Sequence record: DRR723986_18853
Direction: 5' to 3' (one strand)
DNA: 44,296 nucleotides
Shown here in pieces: positions 18,287 to 27,471 of this stretch. A program made the translations under genes and the position numbers. Numbering within the stretch: the first letter of the stretch is position 1; every line of letters starts with the position of its first letter. The notes under the pieces were generated by a model that was not told the DNA's origin, did not search any database, and worked only from the letters and a program-made list of their open reading frames with translations.

Positions 18287-19348
18287 ATGAAAAAACATAA
18301 TTTTAGTGCTGGCCCTTGTGTATTACCAAAATCAGTGATGCAGAAAGCGTCAGAAGCCGTATTAAACTTTGACGAAGGCTTATCCTTATTAGAAATATCT
18401 CATCGTAGCAAACCTTTTGTAGATGTTATGGAGAACGCAAGATCATTAGCATTAGAGTTATTAGGATTAGAAGGGAAAGGCTATAAAGCACTCTTTTTAC
18501 AAGGCGGAGCAAGTACACAATTCTTAATGGTTGCATTAAATTTATTAGAGAAAAGAGCTGGTTATTTAAATACAGGTACCTGGTCCGACAAAGCAATTAA
18601 AGAAGCAAAAATTTATGATGATATTTATGAAGTAGCATCCTCTAAAAGTGCAGGCTTTAACTATATACCAAAAGGTTATGATATCCCTGAGGATTACGAT
18701 TATTTTCACTGTACCTCTAATAACACAATTTTTGGGACGCAAATGAAACATTTCCCAGATTCACCAATCCCAATGGTTTGTGATATGAGTAGTGATATTT
18801 TTTCGCGTCAATTAGACTTTTCAAAATTTGATTTAATATATGCTGGAGCACAAAAGAACATGGGACCAGCTGGCACAACCCTTGTAGTAGTTAAAGAAGA
18901 TATATTAGGCAAGGTTTCTAGAAAAATTCCATCAATGATGGATTATAAAATTCATATTGGTAAGGGCAGTATGTTTAACACTCCACCTGTATTTCCTGTG
19001 TATGTATCCATGCTTACTATGCAATGGCTTAAAGATTTAGGTGGTATTAAAGCAATTGAAGAAGAAAATGAAAAGAAAGCACGCTTAATTTATTCAGAAA
19101 TTGATCTTAACCCATTATTTAAAGGTTACGCCGTTAAAGAAGATAGATCTACTATGAACGCTACGTTTACTTTAGAAAATGAGAATCTAAAGGAAACTTT
19201 TGATGCCATGTGGAAAGAAGCAGGCATCAATGGATTAAACGGTCACAGAAGTGTTGGTGGCTACAGAGCATCAATGTATAACGCCCTGTCTTTAGACAGT
19301 GTAAAAGCACTTGTTGAAATAATGAGTGAACTTGAAAGCAAAGCATAA
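18287..19348 (+). CDS. serC: Phosphoserine aminotransferase
   Basis: HNFSAGP, LQGGASTQF, YAGAQKNMGPAG (PLP lysine), GHRSVGGYRASMYNA; ATG at 18287. Confidence 0.97.
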   Translation: MKKHNFSAGPCVLPKSVMQKASEAVLNFDEGLSLLEISHRSKPFVDVMENARSLALELLGLEGKGYKALFLQGGASTQFLMVALNLLEKRAGYLNTGTWSDKAIKEAKIYDDIYEVASSKSAGFNYIPKGYDIPEDYDYFHCTSNNTIFGTQMKHFPDSPIPMVCDMSSDIFSRQLDFSKFDLIYAGAQKNMGPAGTTLVVVKEDILGKVSRKIPSMMDYKIHIGKGSMFNTPPVFPVYVSMLTMQWLKDLGGIKAIEEENEKKARLIYSEIDLNPLFKGYAVKEDRSTMNATFTLENENLKETFDAMWKEAGINGLNGHRSVGGYRASMYNALSLDSVKALVEIMSELESKA

Positions 19349-19387
19349 TAAAACACTATAGCATCTCAAATTCTTAATTAATATAAA

Positions 19388-20341
19388 ATGAAAGTATTAG
19401 CAAATGACGGAGTTTCTGAAAGTGGTATTAAAGCACTAGAAGCTGCTGGTTACGAAGTTATAACAACAACTGTTGCACAAGAACAATTAGGAAATTACAT
19501 TAATGAGAATAATATTGATGTCCTACTTGTAAGAAGTGCGACAACAGTTAGAAAAAATATTATTGACAATTGCCCGAGCTTAAAAGTAATTGGTCGTGGT
19601 GGTGTTGGTATGGACAATATTGACGTAGAGTACGCACGTAGTAAGGGATTACACGTTATTAACACTCCAGCTGCATCTTCACATTCAGTAGCTGAATTGG
19701 TATTCGGACATTTTTATGGTTTAGCACGTTTTTTACATAACTCTAATAGAGATATGCCATTAGAAGGAGATGCTAACTTTAAAGCACTTAAAAAAGCCTA
19801 TGCCAAGGGAACCGAGTTAAAAGGTAAAACATTAGGTGTTTTAGGTTTTGGCCGAATAGGTCAAGCTACTGCTAAAGTAGCCATTGGAGCTGGTATGAAA
19901 GTTGTGGCTTACGATCCATTTATGGAAAAAGCTAATTTAGAATTAGAATTCTTTGACGGACAAAAAGTGAATTTTGAAATAAAAACAGTTTCGAAGGAAG
20001 AAGTTCTAAAGCAAGCAGATTTCTTGACATTACATGTACCAGCACAAAAAGAATATGTTATTGATGAGAAGGAATTCAATCAAATGAAAGATGGTGTTAT
20101 TTTAGCTAATGCAGCACGTGGTGGTGTAATTAACGAGGTAGCCCTTGTAAAAGCTATTGAAAGTGGTAAAGTTGCAAGAGCTGCCTTAGACGTTTTTGAA
20201 AAAGAACCAAAACCAGAAGTTCAGCTATTAATGAATCCTGCGTTATCCTTAACACCGCATACTGGTGCAGCTACAAACGAAGCACAAGACAGAATTGGTA
20301 CCGAGCTAGCAGAACAGATTATTAGTATATTAGGAAAATAA
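19388..20341 (+). CDS. serA: D-3-phosphoglycerate dehydrogenase (short type, no ACT domain)
   Basis: GRGGVGMDNID, GFGRIG, NAARGGV, TPHTGAAT; directly after serC. Confidence 0.88.
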   Translation: MKVLANDGVSESGIKALEAAGYEVITTTVAQEQLGNYINENNIDVLLVRSATTVRKNIIDNCPSLKVIGRGGVGMDNIDVEYARSKGLHVINTPAASSHSVAELVFGHFYGLARFLHNSNRDMPLEGDANFKALKKAYAKGTELKGKTLGVLGFGRIGQATAKVAIGAGMKVVAYDPFMEKANLELEFFDGQKVNFEIKTVSKEEVLKQADFLTLHVPAQKEYVIDEKEFNQMKDGVILANAARGGVINEVALVKAIESGKVARAALDVFEKEPKPEVQLLMNPALSLTPHTGAATNEAQDRIGTELAEQIISILGK

Positions 20342-20356
20342 TTGTGACCTAAAGCT

Positions 20357-20391
20357 AAAAAAAGAGTCCTACTTATGTTAGGACTTTTTTT
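20357..20391 (+). terminator. Intrinsic terminator after serC-serA
   Basis: AGTCCTA-loop-TAGGACT followed by a T-run. Confidence 0.75.
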
Positions 20392-20432
20392 GTACTCTGA
20401 AAAACACAATTATTAACTTAAACTTTATAAAA

Positions 20433-21068
20433 GTGGAAGGAATTTTAGACTTATTAAACAGTGATTTAGGAAAAACTATAATAAGCGGTGTTTCTGGTTC
20501 CACAGGAACAGATCAAAATAAAACAAGCAGCGTATTAACTATGGCTTTACCAGTACTTATGAAAGCTATGGAACGTAATGCAAGTACACCTGAAGGCGCA
20601 CAAGGACTTACAGGAGCTTTAAACAGTAAACACGATGGTAGTATCTTAGATAACTTAGGAAGTCTATTTGGTGGTGGAGTTGATGATGAAGTTAAAACTG
20701 ATGGTGAAAAGATTCTAGGTCACGTACTAGGTCAGAAGAAACAAGGAGTTGAACAAGTTATTGGATAAAAAGCGGGATTAGATACTGGTTCTGTTGCTAA
20801 TATTTTAAAAGTAGCTGCACCAATTCTTATGGGAGTATTAGGAAAACAAGCCCGACAAAATAATGTCTCTTCTCAAAATGACTTAGGTGGACTCTTAGGA
20901 CGATTACTTGGAGGTAATGATACACATCAAGAGCAAAGTTTCTTGGAGAAAATATTAGATGCCGATGGTGATGGTAGCGTAATTGATGACGTTGCAGGTA
21001 TGGTACTTGGTGGAGCTAAGAAAAAAGGCGGACTAGGTGGTTTACTAGGTGGATTATTTGGTAAATAA
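20433..21068 (+). pseudogene. DUF937-like protein interrupted by an in-frame TAA
   Basis: ORFs 20433-20768 and 20829-21068 are in the same frame; reading through TAA 20766-20768 gives continuous ...EQVIG*KAGLDTGSVANILKVAAPILMGVLGK...LDADGDGSVIDD. Confidence 0.85.
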
Positions 21069-21086
21069 ACCTTAACATATATATGT

Positions 21087-21117
21087 AAAAAGCAGCTCTA
21101 ATTGAGCTGCTTTTTTT
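21087..21117 (+). terminator. Intrinsic terminator
   Basis: AAAAAGCAGCTC-taatt-GAGCTGCTTTTTTT. Confidence 0.9.
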
Positions 21118-21280
21118 ATAACTATTAATAAGTAAACTTCCTGAAATACCATATTTACTCATTGAGGCAAACACTTTACTAAATTACAGTTTTACAACTC
21201 CATAACTTAGACGTCATTTGTAATGCAAAATGAAACTATATAACTAATTACACTTATAAATTTTTAATATCTTTAGTATT

Positions 21281-21715
21281 ATGAAAAAGCTTATACCCTT
21301 TGTTATTATTCTAGCTTTAATTGCTAGTTGCAAATCTTACAATACAAACCAAACCATTAATAATGATGATAATGGTTTAATACAAAGTGATACTGTTTCA
21401 ATTAGTAGTGATGAAACGGATTACGAAATTATCATCATAGAACCTGGTTTTAATCAATGGTTAGTGGGAACAGCCAGACCCAGAGGATTTCATTCTCAAG
21501 AGTTTTTAGAGACCAGAAATGCACTTTTGGTTCAGGCATGGAATCAACGTAACCTGCAACCTCAAGTTTATGACCCTAACTTGTATGAATTGCACATAGA
21601 CTATGACACTCGGACTGATTATGGCTATGAGGTTAACTACAAACTCTACAATTATTTTATCTTTTTTCAATTAAAATATAATCAACGCCTCACCTCTTTC
21701 GTTCCTAGAATTTAA
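21281..21715 (+). CDS. Conserved Bacteroidota lipoprotein (DUF6146-like)
   Basis: Lipobox IASC; YEIIIIEPGF and DYGYEVNYKLYNYF motifs. Confidence 0.75.
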   Translation: MKKLIPFVIILALIASCKSYNTNQTINNDDNGLIQSDTVSISSDETDYEIIIIEPGFNQWLVGTARPRGFHSQEFLETRNALLVQAWNQRNLQPQVYDPNLYELHIDYDTRTDYGYEVNYKLYNYFIFFQLKYNQRLTSFVPRI

Positions 21716-21742
21716 TGTAAATTTGTAGCACTGTTTAGTGCT

Positions 21743-22237
21743 ATGGAAAAATTTAAAAAACATTGGGAAATTCAACACAATTGGCAGTTGATATTTCCCT
21801 TTTTAGGTATTATAATTTTAGGCTATTCTGCATTTAAAATTTCAAATGCTCTATTACATAACTATGGATTGGTATTTATTATTATTGGTACCCTTATCAT
21901 CTCTTACCTCCTTTTAAAATTCACTTTATTCTTATTTAAAAAATTAGAAAAAAAGTGGATATTAGATAATAAATGGGAAATGATTCGTGTATTTATAGTT
22001 TTTGCCGTTACTGGTTCTTCATCATTGTACGTGGGTAGACCCATAATTAAACTTATGGGAATTACTAAAGAAAACTTAAACCCTGTTATTTACTGGATAT
22101 TATTCATTATTATTGGGCTCATTTTCTACCAAATTCTATTAGTAACTTTCGGTTGGCTTTTTGGTCAGTTTAAATTTTTCTGGGAATTTGAAAAGAAAAT
22201 GCTAAGACGAATGGGTTTAAAACGCTTTTTAGATTGA
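21743..22237 (+). CDS. Conserved membrane protein (DUF6787-like)
   Basis: Four TM segments; VFAVTGSSS and GQFKFFWEFEKKM motifs; TAAATTTG -7 element at 21718-21725. Confidence 0.75.
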   Translation: MEKFKKHWEIQHNWQLIFPFLGIIILGYSAFKISNALLHNYGLVFIIIGTLIISYLLLKFTLFLFKKLEKKWILDNKWEMIRVFIVFAVTGSSSLYVGRPIIKLMGITKENLNPVIYWILFIIIGLIFYQILLVTFGWLFGQFKFFWEFEKKMLRRMGLKRFLD

Positions 22238-22575
22238 ACTTAAAAATCTTAATATCTGCATTTTTTAGAGTAGTTGCTTTTGTTTTAACACTGGCAGTAT
22301 TACTACCTTCTGCGGTAAAACTAAATCACGTATTTACACATCATGAGCATGAAGTTTGTGAAAATGATGGTACTAATACAACACACTTTCATGAAACAGA
22401 TTTAGATTGTGAATTTTATAAATTTAAATTAACAAAAACCTACTATCTAGATCTTAATCCGGTAAACGAAACTTCTAAAATATTCAATAATAAGACTGAA
22501 GTGTCTTATTATTTATTTCTTAGAACGCATAAAGAAAATAATTCTTATCTAAGAGGTCCACCGGCTTTAGTCTAA
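22234..22575 (+). CDS. His/Cys-rich exported leader protein with C-terminal RGPP (putative ribosome-arrest regulator, CruR/DUF2946-like)
   Basis: TTG start overlapping the upstream TGA; hydrophobic residues ~5-28; HVFTHHEHEVC...HFHETDLDC; ends YLRGPPALV; 78 nt upstream of a TonB-dependent transporter gene. Confidence 0.75.
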   Translation: MNLKILISAFFRVVAFVLTLAVLLPSAVKLNHVFTHHEHEVCENDGTNTTHFHETDLDCEFYKFKLTKTYYLDLNPVNETSKIFNNKTEVSYYLFLRTHKENNSYLRGPPALV

Positions 22576-22653
22576 TTAACTACGCATTAAGATTAGACAT
22601 ACTATTGATTTAAATATCACATTTATTTCAATTATTAACATTATTCATATTAG

Positions 22654-25053
22654 ATGAGAGCTTGTGCTTTTATAGTACTTTTTATATTACCGTTTTTTGG
22701 ATTTTCACAACAGTGTGATGCTGTATTTCTAGGAGAAATAAAAGATTTTCACGACAATACTCCTATTGCTGGTGCAACTGTGTACATCAAAAATCTTGAT
22801 AAATACAAAGCTTCAGATGAAAATGGGAAATTTAAAATAGAGAATCTTTGCAAAGGTCAAATTACATTAGTGATATCGCACATTGGTTGCGATACCAAAA
22901 CAGTAACATATACTATTGATGGTGATGTTTTTAAGACTATTGTATTAGAACACCATATAGAAGAACTCAATGAAGTTTCGGTAAAAACGACTTTAGCCAA
23001 AAAAGAAACAACGACAGCACAAGAAACGGTTTTAAAGTCTAATGTTATAAGAAAATATAGTAATCAGAGTTTGGGAGATGCTTTAAAAGAAGTACCTGGT
23101 GTATCTTCTATTAATACAGGAAATGCTATTGTTAAGCCAATGATTAACGGCATGCACAGTAGTCGTTTACTTATTTTAAATAATAATGTGAGACTACAAG
23201 ATCAGGAATGGGGAATTGAGCATGCACCGAATATAGACATTAATAGTGCTAATCAGATTTCTGTAATAAAAGGTTCTGGCGCCTTAGCTTATGGAGGTGA
23301 TGCCGTTGGTGGTGTTGTGGTTATTAAACCAGCGAAAACGTACCTCATAGACTCGCTCTTTGGTAAAACCGTATTTGGTGGACAAACGAATGGACGTGGA
23401 TATAATGTAAGTACATCGCTGAACAAATCGTTCACTTCAGGATGGTTTGCCAGTATTCAAGGTTCTATTAAAAAGAATGGCGATTTTGAAACACCAGACT
23501 ATGTGCTTACCAATACTGGTTTAAAATCTAATAGTGTGACGCTTCAAGCTGGTAAAAAAACGTTTGAGAGTGGTTTTGAAGTTTATTACAATTACCTCTT
23601 TAATGAAATTGGAATTTTGAGAGCGTCACATATTGGTAATATTGCAGATTTGGTAACAGCGATTAATACTCAGGAACCTTTAGTCATTGAAGATTTTAGC
23701 TATGATATCAACTCACCAAAACAAGAGGTGACGCATCACTTGGTGAAAGCGCTGTATTATAAACGTTTTAAGAATTTTGGTAAGTTAAATTTACAATACG
23801 ACTACCAAAATAACCAACGTTTTGAGTACGATATACGAGTTGGAGATGATAGAAATAAAGCCGCTTTAGATCTAAACCTTCAAACGCATACATTAATGGC
23901 AGATGTTCAGTTAGACGCTAATTCAAAACGAAAAATTAATTTTGGAATTTTAGGAAGGTATCAAAATAACTTTGCTAATCCAGATACTGGTGTAAGACGA
24001 TTAATTCCAGATTATGACAAATATGATTTAGGAACTTATGCGACTTCAGAATGGGAATTAAATAATAATACCACTATCGATGCAGGTCTGAGATATGATT
24101 TTAACAGAATTGATGCTAAAAAATTCTATCAAACAAGTCGTTGGGAAGAACGTGGCTATGATGAGGACTTTGCAGATTTGGTTATTGATGACTTAGGAAC
24201 GCAATTACTCACAAACCCTGTATTCGATTATCATAACCTATCGGCTGCAGCTGGTATTTCTTATGAAATAAATACAGAAAATAGCATCATTGCCAATTAC
24301 AGCCTATCTAGCAGACCTCCAAATCCATCGGAGTTATTTAGCGATGGCTTACACCACTCTGCTGCACGAATAGAGTTAGGTGATTTAAGATTAGGGCAAG
24401 AGATCTCAAATCGGTTTGCTACAAGCTATAATCTTAAAAAAGACAATTTCAATGTGCAATTGGAAGTATTCTATAACAGAATCAATGATTTTATGTATCT
24501 AAGACCTACAGGTATTGAGCAAACTATTAGAGGTGCCTTTCCTGTATGGGAGTTTGAAAAAATCGATGCTGCACTTTATGGTATCGATCTTTCTGCTAAT
24601 TACACGATTACAGATCAGGTGCAATGGTATAATAAATCATCGTACACCAAAGGAGATGATATTAAAGAGAATATTAATCTAATCGATATTCCTGCATTTA
24701 ATACCATAAATACAATAACCTATAGCAATGAGAATTGGAATAGTTTTTCGGCCAGTTTAAAATCAGAGTGGGTTTTTGAACAAAACAATTATCCTGATTT
24801 TAATTTTGAAACCTACATCGCTGCAACAGATGAAATGGTTTTGGTAGATATTAGTACACCACCACCAGCATTTCATTTGTTACATTTTTACAGCGAAGCC
24901 ACCTTCAATCTTAGTGAAAACACCGATTTAAATATTGGGTTAAGTGTAAACAATATTTTTAATACAAGCTACAGAGCTTACTTAAACCGACTACGTTATT
25001 TTGCTGATGACTTAGGAAGAAATATTACTTTACAATTACAAATAAATTATTAA
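22654..25053 (+). CDS. TonB-dependent outer-membrane transporter, probably for a metal
   Basis: Signal peptide, N-terminal CarboxypepD_reg-like domain, plug motifs LGDALKEVPGVS and ISVIKGSGALAYGGDAVGGVV, GLHHSAARIE loop, C-terminal GRNITLQLQINY. Confidence 0.93.
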   Translation: MRACAFIVLFILPFFGFSQQCDAVFLGEIKDFHDNTPIAGATVYIKNLDKYKASDENGKFKIENLCKGQITLVISHIGCDTKTVTYTIDGDVFKTIVLEHHIEELNEVSVKTTLAKKETTTAQETVLKSNVIRKYSNQSLGDALKEVPGVSSINTGNAIVKPMINGMHSSRLLILNNNVRLQDQEWGIEHAPNIDINSANQISVIKGSGALAYGGDAVGGVVVIKPAKTYLIDSLFGKTVFGGQTNGRGYNVSTSLNKSFTSGWFASIQGSIKKNGDFETPDYVLTNTGLKSNSVTLQAGKKTFESGFEVYYNYLFNEIGILRASHIGNIADLVTAINTQEPLVIEDFSYDINSPKQEVTHHLVKALYYKRFKNFGKLNLQYDYQNNQRFEYDIRVGDDRNKAALDLNLQTHTLMADVQLDANSKRKINFGILGRYQNNFANPDTGVRRLIPDYDKYDLGTYATSEWELNNNTTIDAGLRYDFNRIDAKKFYQTSRWEERGYDEDFADLVIDDLGTQLLTNPVFDYHNLSAAAGISYEINTENSIIANYSLSSRPPNPSELFSDGLHHSAARIELGDLRLGQEISNRFATSYNLKKDNFNVQLEVFYNRINDFMYLRPTGIEQTIRGAFPVWEFEKIDAALYGIDLSANYTITDQVQWYNKSSYTKGDDIKENINLIDIPAFNTINTITYSNENWNSFSASLKSEWVFEQNNYPDFNFETYIAATDEMVLVDISTPPPAFHLLHFYSEATFNLSENTDLNIGLSVNNIFNTSYRAYLNRLRYFADDLGRNITLQLQINY

Positions 25054-25078
25054 CAAAAACACAATTAAAATTATACAT

Positions 25079-25636
25079 ATGAAAACTTTTAAATACCTCT
25101 TAATATTATTTTTATCATTAGGCCTTTTCGCATCTTGTAGTGACGACGATGACCCAGATCCGGTAAATGAAGAAGAAGTGATAACAACAGTTACGCTGAC
25201 TTTATCTCCACAAGGTGGTGGTACCTCTGTAGTTTTTCAATCTAGAGATGCTGATGGTGATGGACCAGACGCTCCGGTTATTACCGTAACAGGTGATCTT
25301 ATGGCAAATACGCAATACTCAGGTACTGTAGAATTTTTAAATGAATTAGAGACACCTGCAGAAGATATCACAACGGAAGTACTAGAAGAAGGTGATGAAC
25401 ATCAGGTGTTTTACAGCTTTACGGGTACAGCTGGCAGCACAATAATCTACGAAGATATAGATCAAGATAGTAACCCAATTGGTGTTAGCATCTCCTTAAA
25501 TTCTGGTGCGGCTGCAGACAATAATACAATGACTTTAGTGCTAAGGCACGAACCAACAAAACCAAATAATGGTACAGCTGCAGATGCAGGTGGAGAAACA
25601 GATGTAGAGGCTACGTTTTCGTATAACGTCAACTAA
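25079..25636 (+). CDS. Acidic surface lipoprotein co-transcribed with the transporter
   Basis: Lipobox FASC followed by SDDDD (Bacteroidota surface-export-like); EEEVITTV, EHQVFY, LRHEP, GETDVE. Confidence 0.8.
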   Translation: MKTFKYLLILFLSLGLFASCSDDDDPDPVNEEEVITTVTLTLSPQGGGTSVVFQSRDADGDGPDAPVITVTGDLMANTQYSGTVEFLNELETPAEDITTEVLEEGDEHQVFYSFTGTAGSTIIYEDIDQDSNPIGVSISLNSGAAADNNTMTLVLRHEPTKPNNGTAADAGGETDVEATFSYNVN

Positions 25637-25654
25637 GTTTTTACTATAAAGAAT

Positions 25655-25683
25655 AAAAAAGCACTCGTTTGAGTGCTTTTTTT
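25655..25683 (+). terminator. Intrinsic terminator closing the transporter operon
   Basis: AAAAAAGCACTC-gttt-GAGTGCTTTTTTT. Confidence 0.9.
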
Positions 25684-25762
25684 GTGTTTATTATTTAATT
25701 TTTTAGAAGAAAGCACGCTTAAAATTAGCTTATATTTGTACATTCAAATTGAGTTCAAAGAA

Positions 25763-26230
25763 ATGACTGAAATTGATTTTGCTTTAGATCAAAACAAGGA
25801 AACTGACATTATAGAATTAGTTGGTACCGTTGTTTGGAATAAAGCAAATGCAATTGAAACATTTCAGAAATTATCTGAAGCAGAACGCCATTTTGTCTTT
25901 ATTGATATTTTTGAAAGTGAAATTAACAATGAAGGTCTGTATGGATTTTTCTATAATACGTCTGGCGAATTTGCTCACGAAGTTTTACAAGCATACGTTA
26001 CTATCAATGCTTCTGAAACAGCTAACATAATAGACAAAGCAATAAGACGATTTAAAGAACTACCAGTACCAAAGGATATTATTGCGCGCAGACAACTGAT
26101 AGGGAAATTACAAATGGAAGATTTAGAAAGCTGGTCTAACTTAGAGCTAGATTTAATAAATTCTAAAGAAAACATTCTCGATTTAACAATTGCTTACATT
26201 AAATTACATAAAACTGAATTTGAATATTAG
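25763..26230 (+). CDS. DUF4375/DMP19-family acidic protein
   Basis: FESEINNEGLYGFFYNTSGE resembles the EVxNGGFxQFFxNSSG motif; ATG at 25763 follows TATATTTG at 25731-25738. Confidence 0.75.
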   Translation: MTEIDFALDQNKETDIIELVGTVVWNKANAIETFQKLSEAERHFVFIDIFESEINNEGLYGFFYNTSGEFAHEVLQAYVTINASETANIIDKAIRRFKELPVPKDIIARRQLIGKLQMEDLESWSNLELDLINSKENILDLTIAYIKLHKTEFEY

Positions 26231-26267
26231 GGTATATTCCTCAAGACTTTTATAATGACAAGATTAA

Positions 26268-27029
26268 ATGTCAAAATTACCAAAGGAGAATAAATTTATT
26301 GATCTTTCAGATTACGGAAGACCAGCCGCAAGAGTTATTTCTACAGCATTAAAAGACACACGTTTTACACCAATCCACGTCACCATAGGTTTCATTATTT
26401 CTGGTCTATTTGCTGCGGCCTGCATTATATACGGATATTATTGGATGGCAGCGTTTTTTCTTATTTTCAAATCCATACTAGATGCTGCTGATGGTGAGTT
26501 GGCACGCCTTAAACAAACACCATCTTATACAGGCCGCTATTTAGATTCGGTTGCAGATATTATCCTTAATGCCGTAATATTCTTAGCGATTTGGCAGATT
26601 ACTAATGCTAATATCTGGTATACTATTTTAGCGTTTATGGGTATTCAATTACAAGGCACACTATATAATTACTACTATGTTATTCTAAGAAACCGTTTCA
26701 ATGGTGATACCACAAGTCGAATTTTTGAGGACTCTACTCCTATCGCCTTAAAAGGCGAAAAACAAAAACACGTCAATATTTTATTCAGGTTATATAAGGT
26801 GTTTTATGGTAGTTTTGATAAGACCGTCTATTTTTTAGACCAGACAGCACCAAAAGGAAAAATTTTACCTAAGTGGCTCATGACCGCATTATCAACTTTT
26901 GGTTTAGGTTTTCAATTACTTATTATTGCTGTGATGCTAGTTTTAGGCTTAAAAGAATTTATCATTCCTTTCTTTATTAGCTACTCAGTAATGGTCTTTG
27001 TTTTTATAATTATCAGAAAGTTATTATGA
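26268..27029 (+). CDS. CDP-alcohol phosphatidyltransferase family protein
   Basis: Signature DAADGELAR...GRYLDSVAD. Confidence 0.9.
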   Translation: MSKLPKENKFIDLSDYGRPAARVISTALKDTRFTPIHVTIGFIISGLFAAACIIYGYYWMAAFFLIFKSILDAADGELARLKQTPSYTGRYLDSVADIILNAVIFLAIWQITNANIWYTILAFMGIQLQGTLYNYYYVILRNRFNGDTTSRIFEDSTPIALKGEKQKHVNILFRLYKVFYGSFDKTVYFLDQTAPKGKILPKWLMTALSTFGLGFQLLIIAVMLVLGLKEFIIPFFISYSVMVFVFIIIRKLL

Positions 27030-27302
27030 TTTTAAATCAGGTGTTTCTTTTTTAATCCAATAGGTATAAACCCACATTAGCGTAAAAGTTGGCACCACAT
27101 CTGCAACAGGCAAGGCTTCTTCCACAAATGCCACAACTGCGGCAATTTTGCCAGTTTTACCTTTATAGAGCTTTGTCATTAACCAGGCTGAAATCGGTGC
27201 CCAAATCACATCTGAGAACTCCCCTATTCCTGGTACAATAAACGACACAAAACCAAGGGCGTCAAATAAAATGCCGAGTAGTAATTTTTGATATTTCTTC
27301 AT
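27024..27302 (-). CDS. Hypothetical small membrane protein
   Basis: Probable ATG at 27302 (MKKYQKLLLG); GEFSDVIWAP and FVEEALP..DVVPTFT motifs. Confidence 0.7.
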   Translation of the reverse strand: MKKYQKLLLGILFDALGFVSFIVPGIGEFSDVIWAPISAWLMTKLYKGKTGKIAAVVAFVEEALPVADVVPTFTLMWVYTYWIKKETPDLKS

Positions 27303-27471
27303 TAAATTGTTTAAGTATTTTTTAATCTGTTTAGCACAATAAGTATTCCAAATTCTAACACTGCCAAAGCAACATAATTTCACTTAACATTCCTTAAGTC
27401 TTTTTAACTTTTAATTATGAGCTTAGATAAATAAGACAATGTAGTTTTGTGTCGCAAAAAATCAACGACGA

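Noticed and set aside
20766-20768. Programmed recoding (selenocysteine, pyrrolysine, alternative code) at the DUF937 stop
   Set aside because: The codon is TAA, the main true stop throughout the window, and no recoding structure is evident.
25673-25762. Longer N-terminus for the DUF4375-like ORF
   Set aside because: The GTG start lies inside the upstream terminator and before the -7 promoter element; ATG 25763 fits better.
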